Assembly (NCBI GenBank): GCA_032718475.1
Contig: JAUCBJ010000364.1
Coordinates: 1-45,027, forward strand
Direction: 5' to 3'
Length of the DNA stretch: 45,027 bases
Origin: Nemertoderma westbladi
Lineage: Eukaryota > Animalia > Xenacoelomorpha
Of the stretch, positions 24,501-38,800 are shown piece after piece. The position numbers and the translations under genes are program-made. Position 1 is the stretch's first letter. Each line of letters opens with the position of its first letter. Under the pieces are notes generated by a model that was not told where the DNA came from, did no database searches, and saw only the letters and a program-made list of their open reading frames with translations.

Positions 24501-27500
24501 TTGATTGTGTGGTGGTGTATACTACACTGTAAGTACTGGACATTGATTGTGTGTGGCGTATACTACACTGTAAGTACTGGACGTTGATTGTGTGTGGTGT
24601 ATACTGTATACAGTAAGTACTGGACGTTGATTGTGTGTGGTAATACTACACTGTAAGTACTGGACGTTGATAGTGTGGTGGTGTATACTGTACACTGTAA
24701 GTACTGGACGTTGATTGTGTGGTGGTGTATACTGTACACAGTAAGTACTGTACGTTGATTGTGTGGTGGTGTATACTACACTGTAAGTACTGGACGTTGA
24801 TTGTGTGTGGTGTATACTGTACACAGTAAGTACTGGACGTTGATTGTGTGTGGTGTATACTACACTGTAAGTACTGGACGTTGATTGTGAGGTGGTGTAT
24901 ACTGTACACTGTAAGTACTGTACGTTGATTGTGTGGTGGTGTATACTACACTGTAAGTACTGGACGTTGATTGTGTGTGGTGTATACTGTACACTGTAAG
25001 TACTGTACGTTGATTGTGTGTGGTGTATACTACACTGTAAGTACTGGACATTGATTGTGTGTGGTGTATACTACATTGTAAGTACTGGACGTTGATTGTG
25101 TGGTGGTGTATACTAAACTCTAAGTACTGTACGTTGATTGTGTGTGGTGTATACTGTACACAGTAAGTACTGGACGTTGATTGTGTGTGGTGTATACTGT
25201 ACACAGTAAGTACTGTACGTTGATTGTGTGGTGGTGTATACTAAACTCTAAGTACTGTACGTTGATTGTGTGTGGTGTATACTGTACACAGTAAGTACTG
25301 GACGTTGATTGTGTGTGGTGTATACTGTACACTGTAAGTACTGTACGTTGATTGTGTGTGGTGTATACTACACTGTAAGTACTGGACATTGATTGTGTGT
25401 GGTGTATACTACATTGTAAGTACTGGACGTTGATTGTGTGGTGGTGTATACTAAACTCTAAGTACTGTACGTTGATTGTGTGTGGTGTATACTGTACACA
25501 GTAAGTACTGGACGTTGATTGTGTGGTGGTGTATACTGTACACTGTAAGTACTGTAGGTTGATTGTGTGGTGGTGTATACTACACTGTATGTACTGGACG
25601 TTGATTGTGTGTGGTGTATACTACATTGTAAGTACTGGACGTTGATTGTGTGGTGGTGTATACTAAACTCTAAGTACTGTACGTTGATTGTGTGTGGTGT
25701 ATACTGTACACAGTAAGTACTGGACGTTGATTGTGTGGTGGTGTATACTGTACACTGTAAGTACTGTAGGTTGATTGTGTGGTGGTGTATACTGTACACA
25801 GTAAGTACTGTACGTTGATTGTGTGTGGTGTATACTGTACACTGTAAGTACTGTAGGTTGATTGTGTGTGGTGTATACTACACTGTAAGTACTGGACGTT
25901 GATTGTGTGTGGTGTATACTACACTGTAAGTACTGTACGTTGATTGTGTGGTGGTGTATACTACACTGTAAGTACTGGACATTGATTGTGTGTGGTGTAT
26001 ACTACACTGTAAGTACTGGACGTTGATTGTGTGTGGTGTATACTGTACACTGTAAGTACTGTACGTTGATTGTGTGTGGTGTATACTACACTGTAAGTAC
26101 TGGACATTGATTGTGTGTGGTGTATACTACATTGTAAGTACTGGACGTTGATTGTGTGTGGTGTATACTACACTGTAAGTACTGGACATTGATTGTGTGT
26201 GGTGTATACTACACTGTAAGTACTGGACATTGATTGTGTGTGGTGTATACTGTACACTGTAAGTACTGTACGTTGATTGTGTGTGGTGTATACTACACTG
26301 TAAGTACTGGACATTGATTGTGTGTGGTGTATACTACATTGTAAGTACTGGACGTTGATTGTGTGTGGTGTATACTACACTGTAAGTACTGGACATTGAT
26401 TGTGTGTGGTGTATACTGTACACTGTAAGTACTGTACGTTGATTGTGTGTGGTGTATACTACACTGTAAGTACTGGACATTGATTGTGTGTGGTGTATAC
26501 TACATTGTAAGTACTGGACGTTGATTGTGTGTGGTGTATACTGTACACTGTAAGTACTGTACGTTGATTGTGTGGTGGTGTATACTACACAGTAAGTACT
26601 GTACGTTGATTGCGTGTGGTGTATACTACACTGTAAGTACTGGACATTGATTGTGTGTGGTGTATACTACATTGTAAGTACTGGACGTTGATTGTGTGTG
26701 GTGTATACTGTACACTGTAAGTACTGTACGTTGATTGTGTGTGGTGTATACTACACAGTAAGTACTGTACGTTGATTGCGTGTGGTGTATACTACACTGT
26801 AAGTACTGGACATTGATTGTGTGTGGTGTATACTACATTGTAAGTACTGGACGTTGATTGTGTGTGGTGTATACTGTACACTGTAAGTACTGGACGTTGA
26901 TTGTGTGTGGTGTATACTGTACACTGTAAGTACTGTACGTTGATTGTGTGTGGTGTATACTACACTGTAAGTACTGGACATTGATTGTGTGTGGTGTATA
27001 CTACATTGTAAGTACTGGACGTTGATTGTGTGTGGTGTATACTGTACACTGTAAGTACTGTACGTTGATTGTGTGGTGGTGTATACTACACTGTAAGTAC
27101 TGGACATTGATTGTGTGTGGTGTATACTACATTGTAAGTACTGGACGTTGATTGTGTGTGGTGTATACTACATTGTAAGTACTGTACGTTGATTGTGTGT
27201 GGTGTATACTACACTGTAAGTACTGGACATTGATTGTGTGTGGTGTATACTACATTGTAAGTACTGGACGTTGATTGTGTGTGGTGTATACTGTACACAG
27301 TAAGTACGGACATTGATTGTGTGTGGTGTATACTGTACACTGTAAGTACTGGACGTTGATTGTGTGGTGGTGTATACTACACTGTAAGTACTGGACGTTG
27401 ATTGTGTGTGGTGTATACTGTACACTGTAAGTACTGTACGTTGATTGTGTGGTGGTGTATACTACACTGTAAGTACTGGACGTTGATTGCGTGTGGTGTA

Positions 27501-30500
27501 TACTGTACACAGTAAGTACTGGACATTGATTGTGTGTGGTGTATACTACACTGTAAGTACTGTACGTTGATTGTGTGGTGGTGTATACTGTACACTGTAA
27601 GTACTGTACGTTGATTGTGTGGTGGTGTATACTACACTGTAAGTACTGGACGTTGATTGCGTGTGGTGTATACTACACTGTAAGTACTGGACATTGATTG
27701 TGTGTGGTGTATACTACACTGTAAGTACTGGACATTGATTGTGTGTGGTGTATACTGTACACAGTAAGTACTGGACATTGATTGTGTGTGGTGTATACTA
27801 CACTGTAAGTACTGTAGGTTGATTGTGTGTGGTGTATACGACACTGTAAGTACTGGACGTTGATTGTGTGTGGTGTATACTACACTGTAAGTACTGGACA
27901 TTGATTGTGTGTGGTGTATACTGTACACAGTAAGTACTGGACATTGATTGTGTGTGGTGTATACTGTACACTGTAAGTACTGTACGTTGATTGTGTGTGG
28001 TGTATACTACACAGTAAGTACTGTACGTTGATTGTGTGTGGTGTATACTACACAGTAAGTACTGTACGTTGATTGTGTGTGGTGTATACTGTACACTGTA
28101 AGTACTGTACGTTGATTGTGTGTGGTGTATACTACACAGTAAGTACTGGACGTTGATTGTGTGTGGTGTATACTACACAGTAAGTACTGTACGTTGATTG
28201 TGTGGTGGTGTATACGACACTGTAAGTACTGGACATTGATTGTGTGTGGTGTATACTGTACACTGTAAGTACTGTAGGTTGATTGTGTGGTGGTGTATAC
28301 TGTACACAGTAAGTACTGGACATTGATTGTGTGTGGTGTATACTACACTGTAAGTACTGGACATTGATTGTGTGTGGTGTATACTGTACACAGTAAGTAC
28401 TGGACATTGATTGTGTGTGGTGTATACTACACTGTAAGTACTGGACATTGATTGTGTGTGGTGTATACTGTACACAGTAAGTACTGGACATTGATTGTGT
28501 GTGGTGTATACTGTACACTGTAAGTACTGGACATTGATTGTGTGTGGTGTATACTACACTGTAAGTACTGGACATTGATTGTGTGTGGTGTATACTGTAC
28601 ACAGTAAGTACTGGACATTGATTGTGTGTGGTGTATACTACACTGTAAGTACTGGACATTGATTGTGTGTGGTGTATACTGTACACTGTAAGTACTGTAG
28701 GTTGATTGTGTGGTGGTGTATACTGTACACAGTAAGTACTGGACATTGATTGTGTGTGGTGTATACTGTACACAGTAAGTACTGGACATTGATTGTGTGT
28801 GGTGTATACTACACTGTAAGTACTGGACATTGATTGTGTGTGGTGTATACTGTACACAGTAAGTACTGTAGGTTGATTGTGTGTGGTGTATACTGTACAC
28901 AGTAAGTACTGGACATTGATTGTGTGTGGTGTATACTACACTGTAAGTACTGGACATTGATTGTGTGTGGTGTATACTGTACACAGTAAGTACTGGACAT
29001 TGATTGTGTGTGGTGTATACTGTACACTGTAAGTACTGGACATTGATTGTGTGTGGTGTATACTACACTGTAAGTACTGGACGTTGATTGTGTGTGGTGT
29101 ATACTACACTGTAAGTACTGGACATTGATTGTGTGTGGTGTATACTGTACACTGTAAGTACTGTAGGTTGATTGTGTGGTGGTGTATACTGTACACAGTA
29201 AGTACTGGACATTGATTGTGTGTGGTGTATACTGTACACAGTAAGTACTGGACATTGATTGTGTGTGGTGTATACTGTACACAGTAAGTACTGGACATTG
29301 ATTGTGTGTGGTGTATACTGTACACAGTAAGTACTGTACGTTGATTGTGTGTGGTGTATACTGTACACTGTAAGTACTGTACGTTGATTGCGTGTGGTGT
29401 ATACTACACTGTAAGTACTGGACGTTGATTGTGTGTGGTGTATACTACACTGTAAGTACTGGACATTGATTGTGTGTGGTGTATACTACACTGTAAGTAC
29501 TGTACGTTGATTATGTGGTGGTGTATACTGTACACAGTAAGTACTGGACATTGATTGTGTGTGGTGTATACTACACTGTAAGTACTGGACATTGATTGTG
29601 TGTGGTGTATACTGTACACAGTAAGTACTGTACGTTAATTGTGTGGTGGTGTATACTACACTGTAAGTACTGGACATTGATTGTGTGTGGTGTATACTAC
29701 ACTGTAAGTACTGGACGTTGATTGTGTGTGGTGTATACTACACTGTAAGTACTGGACATTGATTGTGTGTGGTGTATACTACACTGTAAGTACTGTACGT
29801 TGATTGTGTGGTGGTGTATACTGTACACTGTAAGTACTGTAGGTTGATTGTGTGTGGTGTATACTGTACACAGTAAGTACTGTACGTTAATTGTGTGGTG
29901 GTGTATACTACACTGTAAGTACTGGACATTGATTGTGTGTGGTGTATACTACACTGTAAGTACTGGACATTGATTGTGTGTGGTGTATACTGTACACAGT
30001 AAGTACTGGACATTGATTGTGTGTGGTGTATACTGTACACTGTAAGTACTGTACGTTGATTGTGTGTGGTGTATACTACACAGTAAGTACTGGACATTGA
30101 TTGTGTGTGGTGTATACTGTACACAGTAAGTACTGGACATTGATTGTGTGTGGTGTATACTGTACACTGTAAGTACTGTACGTTGATTGTGTGTGGTGTA
30201 TACTACACAGTAAGTACTGGACGTTGATTGTGTGTGGTGTATACTACACAGTAAGTACTGTACGTTGATTGTGTGGTGGTGTATACGACACTGTAAGTAC
30301 TGGACATTGATTGTGTGTGGTGTATACTGTACACTGTAAGTACTGTAGGTTGATTGTGTGGTGGTGTATACTGTACACAGTAAGTACTGTACGTTGATTG
30401 TGTGTGGTGTATACTACACAGTAAGTACTGGACGTTGATTGTGTGTGGTGTATACTACACAGTAAGTACTGTACGTTGATTGTGTGGTGGTGTATACGAC

Positions 30501-32854
30501 ACTGTAAGTACTGGACGTTGATTGTGTGTGGTGTATACTGTACACAGTAAGTACTGTACGTTGATTGTGTGTGGTGTATACGACACAGTAAGTACTGGAC
30601 GTTGATTGTGTGTGGTGTATACTGTACACTGTAAGTACTGTAGGTTGATTGTGTGGTGGTGTATACTGTACACAGTAAGTACTGTACGTTGATTGTGTGT
30701 GGTGTATACTACACTGTAAGTACTGGACATTGATTGTGTGTGGTGTATACTGTACACAGTAAGTACTGGACATTGATTGTGTGTGGTGTATACTACACTG
30801 TAAGTACTGGACATTGATTGTGTGTGGTGTATACTGTACACAGTAAGTACTGGACATTGATTGTGTGTGGTGTATACTGTACACTGTAAGTACTGGACAT
30901 TGATTGTGTGTGGTGTATACTGTACACTGTAAGTACTGTAGGTTGATTGTGTGGTGGTGTATACTGTACACAGTAAGTACTGGACATTGATTGTGTGTGG
31001 TGTATACTGTACACAGTAAGTACTGGACATTGATTGTGTGTGGTGTATACTGTACACAGTAAGTACTGGACATTGATTGTGTGTGGTGTATACTGTACAC
31101 AGTAAGTACTGTACGTTGATTGTGTGTGGTGTATACTACACTGTAAGTACTGTACGTTGATTGTGTGGTGGTGTATACTGTACACTGTAAGTACTGTAGG
31201 TTGATTGTGTGGTGGTGTATACTGTACACAGTAAGTACTGGACATTGATTGTGTGTGGTGTATACTACACTGTAAGTACTGGACGTTGATTGTGTGTGGT
31301 GTATACTGTACACAGTAAGTACTGGACGTTGATTGTGTGTGGTGTATACTGTACACTGTAAGTACTGTAGGTTGATTGTGTGGTGGTGTATACTACACTG
31401 TAAGTACTGGACGTTGATTGTGTGTGGTGTATACTGTACACAGTAAGTACTGTACGTTGATTGTGTGTGGTGTATACTGTACACAGTAAGTACTGTACGT
31501 TGATTGTGTGTGGTGTATACTGTACACAGTAAGTACTGTACGTTGATTGTGTGTGGTGTATACTGTACACAGTAAGTACTGTACGTTGATTGTGTGTGGT
31601 GTATACTGTACACAGTAAGTACTGGACATTGATTGTGTGTGGTGTATACTGTACACTGTAAGTACTGTAGGTTGATTGTGTGGTGGTGTATACTGTACAC
31701 AGTAAGTACTGGACATTGATTGTGTGTGGTGTATACTGTACACAGTAAGTACTGGACATTGATTGTGTGTGGTGTATACTGTACACTGTAAGTACTGTAG
31801 GTTGATTGTGTGGTGGTGTATACTACACTGTAAGTACTGGACGTTGATTGTGTGTGGTGTATACTACACAGTAAGTACTGGACATTGATTGTGTGTGGTG
31901 TATACTACACTGTAAGTACTGGACGTTGATTGTGTGGTGGTGTATACTACACTGTAAGTACTGGACGTTGATTGTGTGTGGTGTATACTACACAGTAAGT
32001 ACTGGACATTGATTGTGTGTGGTGTATACTACACTGTAAGTACTGGACGTTGATTGTGTGTGTGTATACGACACTGTAAGTACTGTACGTTGATTGTGTG
32101 TGGTGTATACTGTACACAGTAAGTACTGTACGTTGATTGTGTGTGGTGTATACTGTACACAGTAAGTACTGGACATTGATTGTGTGTGGTGTATACTGTA
32201 CACTGTAAGTACTGGACATTGATTGTGTGTGATGTATACTGTACACAGTAAGTACTGTACGTTGATTGTGTGGTGGTGTATACTACACTGTAAGTACTGG
32301 ACATTGATTATGTGGTGGTGTATACTACACTGTAAGTACTGGACATTGATTGTGTGTGGTGTATACTACACTGTAAGTACTGGACGTTGATTGTGTGTGG
32401 TGTATACTACACAGTAAGTACTGGACATTGATTATGTGGTGGTGTATACTACACTGTAAGTACTGGACATTGATTGTGTGTGGTGTATACTACACTGTAA
32501 GTACTGGACGTTGATTGTGTGTGGTGTATACTACACAGTAAGTACTGGACATTGATTGCGTGTGGTGTATACGACACTGTAAGTACTGGACGTTGATTGT
32601 GTGTGGTGTATACTACACAGTAAGTACTGGACATTGATTGTGTGTGGTGTATACTACACTGTAAGTACTGGACGTTGATTGTGTGTGGTGTATACTGTAC
32701 ACAGTAAGTACTGGACGTTGATTGTGTGTGGTGTATACTGTACACAGTAAGTACTGGACGTTGATTGTGTGTGGTGTATACGACACTGTAAGTACTGGAC
32801 GTTGATTGTGTGTGGTGTATACTACACTGTAAGTACTGTACGTTGATTGTTTGT

Positions 32855-35800
32855 GGTGTATACTACACAGTAAGTACTGGACATTGATTGTGTGTGGTGT
32901 ATACTACACTGTAAGTACTGGACATTGATTGTGTGTGGTGTATACTGTACACTAAGTACTGGACATTGATTGTGTGTGGTGTATACTACACTGTAAGTAC
33001 TGGACGTTGATTGTTTGTGGTGTATACTACACAGTAAGTACTGGACATTGATTGTGTGTGGTGTATACTACACAGTAAGTACTGGACATTGATTGTGTGT
33101 GGTGTATACTACACTGTAAGTACTGGACATTGATTGTGTGTGGTGTATACTGTACACTAAGTACTGTACGTTGATTGTGTGGTGGTGTATACTACACTGT
33201 AAGTACTGGACATTGATTGTGTGTGGTGTATACTACACTGTAAGTACTGGACGTTGATTGTGTGTGGTGTATACTGTACACTGTAAGTACTGTACGTTGA
33301 TTGTGTGTGGTGTATACTACACTGTAAGTACTGGACGTTGATTGTGTGTGGTGTATACTACACTGTAAGTACTGGACGTTGATTGTGTGGTGGTGTATAC
33401 TGTACACTGTAAGTACTGTACGTTGATTGTGTGGTGGTGTATACTACACTGTAAGTACTGGACATTGATTGTGTGTGGTGTATACTACACTGTAAGTACT
33501 GGACATTGATTGTGTGTGGTGTATACTACACTGTAAGTACTGGACGTTGATTGTGTGTGGTGTATAATGTACACTGTAAGTACTGTACGTTGATTGTGTG
33601 TGGTGTATACTGTACACAGTAAGTACTGTACGTTGATTGCGTGTGGTGTATACTGTACACAGTAAGTACTGTACGTTGATTGTGTGTGGTGTATACTGTA
33701 CACAGTAAGTACTGTGCGTTGATTGTGTGTGGTGTATACGACACTGTAAGTACTGGACGTTGATTGTTTGTGGTGTATACGACACTGTAAGTACTGGACA
33801 TTGATTGCAGTACTGGACATTGATTGCGTGTGGTGTATACTACACTGTAAGTACTGGACGTTGATTGTGTGTGGTGTATACTACACTGTAAGTACTGGAC
33901 GTTGATTGTGTGTGGTGTATACTACACTGTAAGTACTGGACATTGATTGTTTGTGGTGTATACGACACTGTAAGTACTGGACATTGATTGTGTGTGGTGT
34001 ATACTGTACACAGTAAGTACTGTGCGTTGATAGTGTGGTGGTGTATACTACACTGTAAGTACTGGACGTTGATTGCGTGTGGTGTATACTACACTGTAAG
34101 TACTGGACATTGATTGTGTGTGGTGTATACTACACTGTAAGTACTGGACATTGATTGTGTGTGGTGTATACTGTACACAGTAAGTACTGTGCGTTGATAG
34201 TGTGGTGGTGTATACTACACTGTAAGTACTGGACGTTGATTGCGTGTGGTGTATACTACACTGTAAGTACTGGACATTGATTGTGTGTGGTGTATACTAC
34301 ACTGTAAGTACTGGACATTGATTGTGTGTGGTGTATACTACACTGTAAGTACTGGACATTGATTGTGTGTGGTGTATACTACACTGTAAGTACTGGACGT
34401 TGATTGTGTGTGGTGTATACTACACTGTAAGTACTGGACATTGATTGTTTGTGGTGTATACGACACTGTAAGTACTGGACGTTGATTGTTTGTGGTGTAT
34501 ACGACATTGTAAGTACTGGACGTTGATTGTTTGTGGTGTATACTACACTGTAAGTACTGGACATTGATTGTGTGTGGTGTATACTGTACACAGTAAGTAC
34601 TGGACATTGATTGCAGTACTGGACATTGATTGCGTGTGGTGTATACTACACTGTAAGTACTGGACGTTGATTGTGTGTGGTGTATACTACACTGTAAGTA
34701 CTGGACGTTGATTGTGTGTGGTGTATACTACACTGTAAGTACTGGACATTGATTGTTTGTGGTGTATACGACACTGTAAGTACTGGACGTTGATTGTTTA
34801 TGGTGTATACGACACTGTAAGTACTGGACGTTGATTGTGTGTGGTGTATACTACACTGTAAGTACTGGACATTGATTGTTTGTGGTGTATACGACACTGT
34901 AAGTACTGGACGTTGATTGTTTGTGGTGTATACGACACTGTAAGTACTGGACGTTGATTGTTTGTGGTGTATACTACACTGTAAGTACTGGACATTGATT
35001 GTGTGTGGTGTATACTACACTGTAAGTACTGGACATTGATTGTTTGTGGTGTATACGACACTGTAAGTACTGGACGTTGATTGTGTGTGGTGTATACGAC
35101 ACTGTAAGTACTGGACGTTGATTGTGTGGTGGTGTATACTACACTGTAAGTACTGGACATTGATTGTGTGTGGTGTATACTGTACACAGTAAGTACTGTG
35201 CGTTGATTGTGTGGTGGTGTATACTACACTGTAAGTACTGGACGTTGATTGTGTGTGGTGTATACTGTACACAGTAAGTACTGGACATTGATTGCAGTAC
35301 TGGACATTGATTGCGTGTGGTGTATACTACACTGTAAGTACTGGACGTTGATTGTGTGTGGTGTATACTACACTGTAAGTACTGGACGTTGATTGTGTGT
35401 GGTGTATACTACACTGTAAGTACTGGACATTGATTGTTTGTGGTGTATACGACACTGTAAGTACTGGACATTGATTGTTTGTGGTGTATACGACACTGTA
35501 AGTACTGGACGTTGATTGTTTGTGGTGTATACGACACTGTAAGTACTGGACGTTGATTGTGTGTGGTGTATACGACACTGTAAGTACTGGACGTTGATTG
35601 TGTGGTGGTGTATACTACACTGTAAGTACTGGACATTGATTGTGTGTGGTGTATACTGTACACAGTAAGTACTGTGCGTTGATTGTGTGGTGGTGTATAC
35701 TACACTGTAAGTACTGGACGTTGATTGTGTGTGGTGTATACTGTACACAGTAAGTACTGGACGTTGATTGTGTGTGGTGTATACTACACAGTAAGTACTG

Positions 35801-38800
35801 TACGTTGATTGTTTGTGGTGTATACGACACTGTAAGTACTGGACATTGATTGCAGTACTGGACATTGATTGCGTGTGGTGTATACTACACTGTAAGTACT
35901 GGGCGTTGATTGTGTGTGGTGTATACTACACTGTAAGTACTGGACATTGATTGTGTGTGGTGTATACTGTACACAGTAAGTACTGTACGTTGATTATGTG
36001 GTGGTGTATACTACACAGTAAGTACTGTACGTTGATTGTGTGTGGTGTATACTGTACACTGTAAGTACTGGACGTTGATTGTGTGTGGTGTATACTGTAC
36101 ACTGTAAGTACTGGACGTTGATTGTGTGTGGTGTATACTACACTGTAAGTACTGGACGTTGATTGTTTGTGGTGTATACGACACTGTAAGTACTGGACAT
36201 TGATTGCAGTACTGGACATTGATTGTGTGGTGGTGTATACTACACTGTAAGTACTGGACATTGATTGTGTGTGGTGTATACTGTACACTGTAAGTACTGG
36301 ACGTTGATTGTGTGTGGTGTATACGACACTGTAAGTACTGGACATTGATTGTGTGTGGTGTATACTGTACACAGTAAGTACTGGACGTTGATTGTGTGTG
36401 GTGTATACTGTACACAGTAAGTACTGGACATTGATTGTGTGTGGTGTATACTGTACACAGTAAGTACTGGACGTTGATTGTGTGGTGGTGTATACTACAC
36501 TGTACGTACTGGACATTGATTGTGTGTGGTGTATACTGTACACTCTAAGTACTGTACGTTGATTGTGTGGTGGTGTATACGACACTGTAAGTACTGGACG
36601 TTGATTGTGTGTGGTGTATACTGTACACAGTAAGTACTGGACATTGATTGTGTGTGGTGTATACTGTACACAGTAAGTACTGGACGTTGATTGTGTGTGG
36701 TGTATACTGTACACAGTAAGTACTGGACGTTGATTGTGTGTGGTGTATACTGTACACAGTAAGTACTGGACATTGATTGTGTGTGGTGTATACGACACTG
36801 TAAGTACTGGACATTGATTGTGTGTGGTGTATACTGTACACAGTAAGTACTGGACATTGATTGTGTGTGGTGTATACTGTACACAGTAAGTACTGTACGT
36901 TGATTGTGTGGTGGTGTATACTACACTGTAAGTACTGGACGTTGATTGTGTGTGGTGTATACTACACTGTAAGTACTGGACGTTGATTGTGTGTGGTGTA
37001 TACGACACTGTAAGTACTGGACGTTGATTGTGTGTGGTGTATACTGTACACAGTAAGTACTGTACGTTGATTGTGTGGTGGTGTATACTACACTGTAAGT
37101 ACTGTACGTTGATTGTGTGTGGTGTATACTACACTGTAAGTACTGGACGTTGATTGTGTGTGGTGTATACGACACTGTAAGTACTGGACGTTGATTGTGT
37201 GTGGTGTATACTGTACACAGTAAGTACTGGACGTTGATTGTGTGTGGTGTATACTGTACACAGTAAGTACTGGACGTTGATTGTGTGTGGTGTATACTGT
37301 ACACAGTAAGTACTGGACATTGATTGTGTGTGGTGTATACGACACTGTAAGTACTGGACATTGATTGTGTGTGGTGTATACTGTACACAGTAAGTACTGG
37401 ACATTGATTGTGTGTGGTGTATACTGTACACAGTAAGTACTGTACGTTGATTGTGTGGTGGTGTATACTACACTGTAAGTACTGTACGTTGATTGTGTGT
37501 GGTGTATACTACACTGTAAGTACTGGACGTTGATTGTGTGTGGTGTATACGACACTGTAAGTACTGGACGTTGATTGTGTGTGGTGTATACTGTACACAG
37601 TAAGTACTGTACGTTGATTGTGTGGTGGTGTATACTGTACACAGTAAGTACTGTACGTTGATTGTGTGTGGTGTATACTACACAGTAAGTACTGGACGTT
37701 GATTGTGTGTGGTGTATACTGTACACAGTAAGTACTGTACGTTAATTGTGTGGTGGTGTATACTACACTGTAAGTACTGGACGTTGATTGTGTGTGGTGT
37801 ATACTACACTGTAAGTACTGGACGTTGATTGTGTGTGGTGTATACTACACAGTAAGTACTGGACGTTGATTGTGTGTGGTGTATACTGTACACAGTAAGT
37901 ACTGTACGTTGATTGTGTGGTGGTGTATACTACACTGTAAGTACTGGACGTTGATTGTGTGTGGTGTATACTACACTGTGAGTACTGGACGTTGATTGTG
38001 TGTGGTGTATACTGTACACAGTAAGTACTGGACGTTGATTGTGTGTGGTGTATACGTACACAGTAAGTACTGGACGTTGATTGTGTGTGGTGTATACGAC
38101 ACTGTAAGTACTGGACGTTGATTGTGTGTGGTGTATACTACACTGTAAGTACTGGACGTTGATTGTGTGGTGGTGTATACTACACAGTAAGTACTGGACA
38201 TTGATTGTGTGTGGTGTATACTACACTGTAAGTACTGGACATTGATTGTGTGTGGTGTATACTGTACACTAAGTACTGGACATTGATTGTGTGTGGTGTA
38301 TACTACACTGTAAGTACTGGACGTTGATTGTTTGTGGTGTATACTACACAGTAAGTACTGGACATTGATTGTGTGTGGTGTATACTACACAGTAAGTACT
38401 GGACATTGATTGTGTGTGGTGTATACTACACTGTAAGTACTGGACATTGATTGTGTGTGGTGTATACTGTACACTAAGTACTGTACGTTGATTGTGTGGT
38501 GGTGTATACTACACTGTAAGTACTGGACATTGATTGTGTGTGGTGTATACTACACTGTAAGTACTGGACGTTGATTGTGTGTGGTGTATACTGTACACTG
38601 TAAGTACTGTACGTTGATTGTGTGTGGTGTATACTACACTGTAAGTACTGGACGTTGATTGTGTGTGGTGTATACTACACTGTAAGTACTGGACGTTGAT
38701 TGTGTGGTGGTGTATACTGTACACTGTAAGTACTGTACGTTGATTGTGTGGTGGTGTATACTACACTGTAAGTACTGGACATTGATTGTGTGTGGTGTAT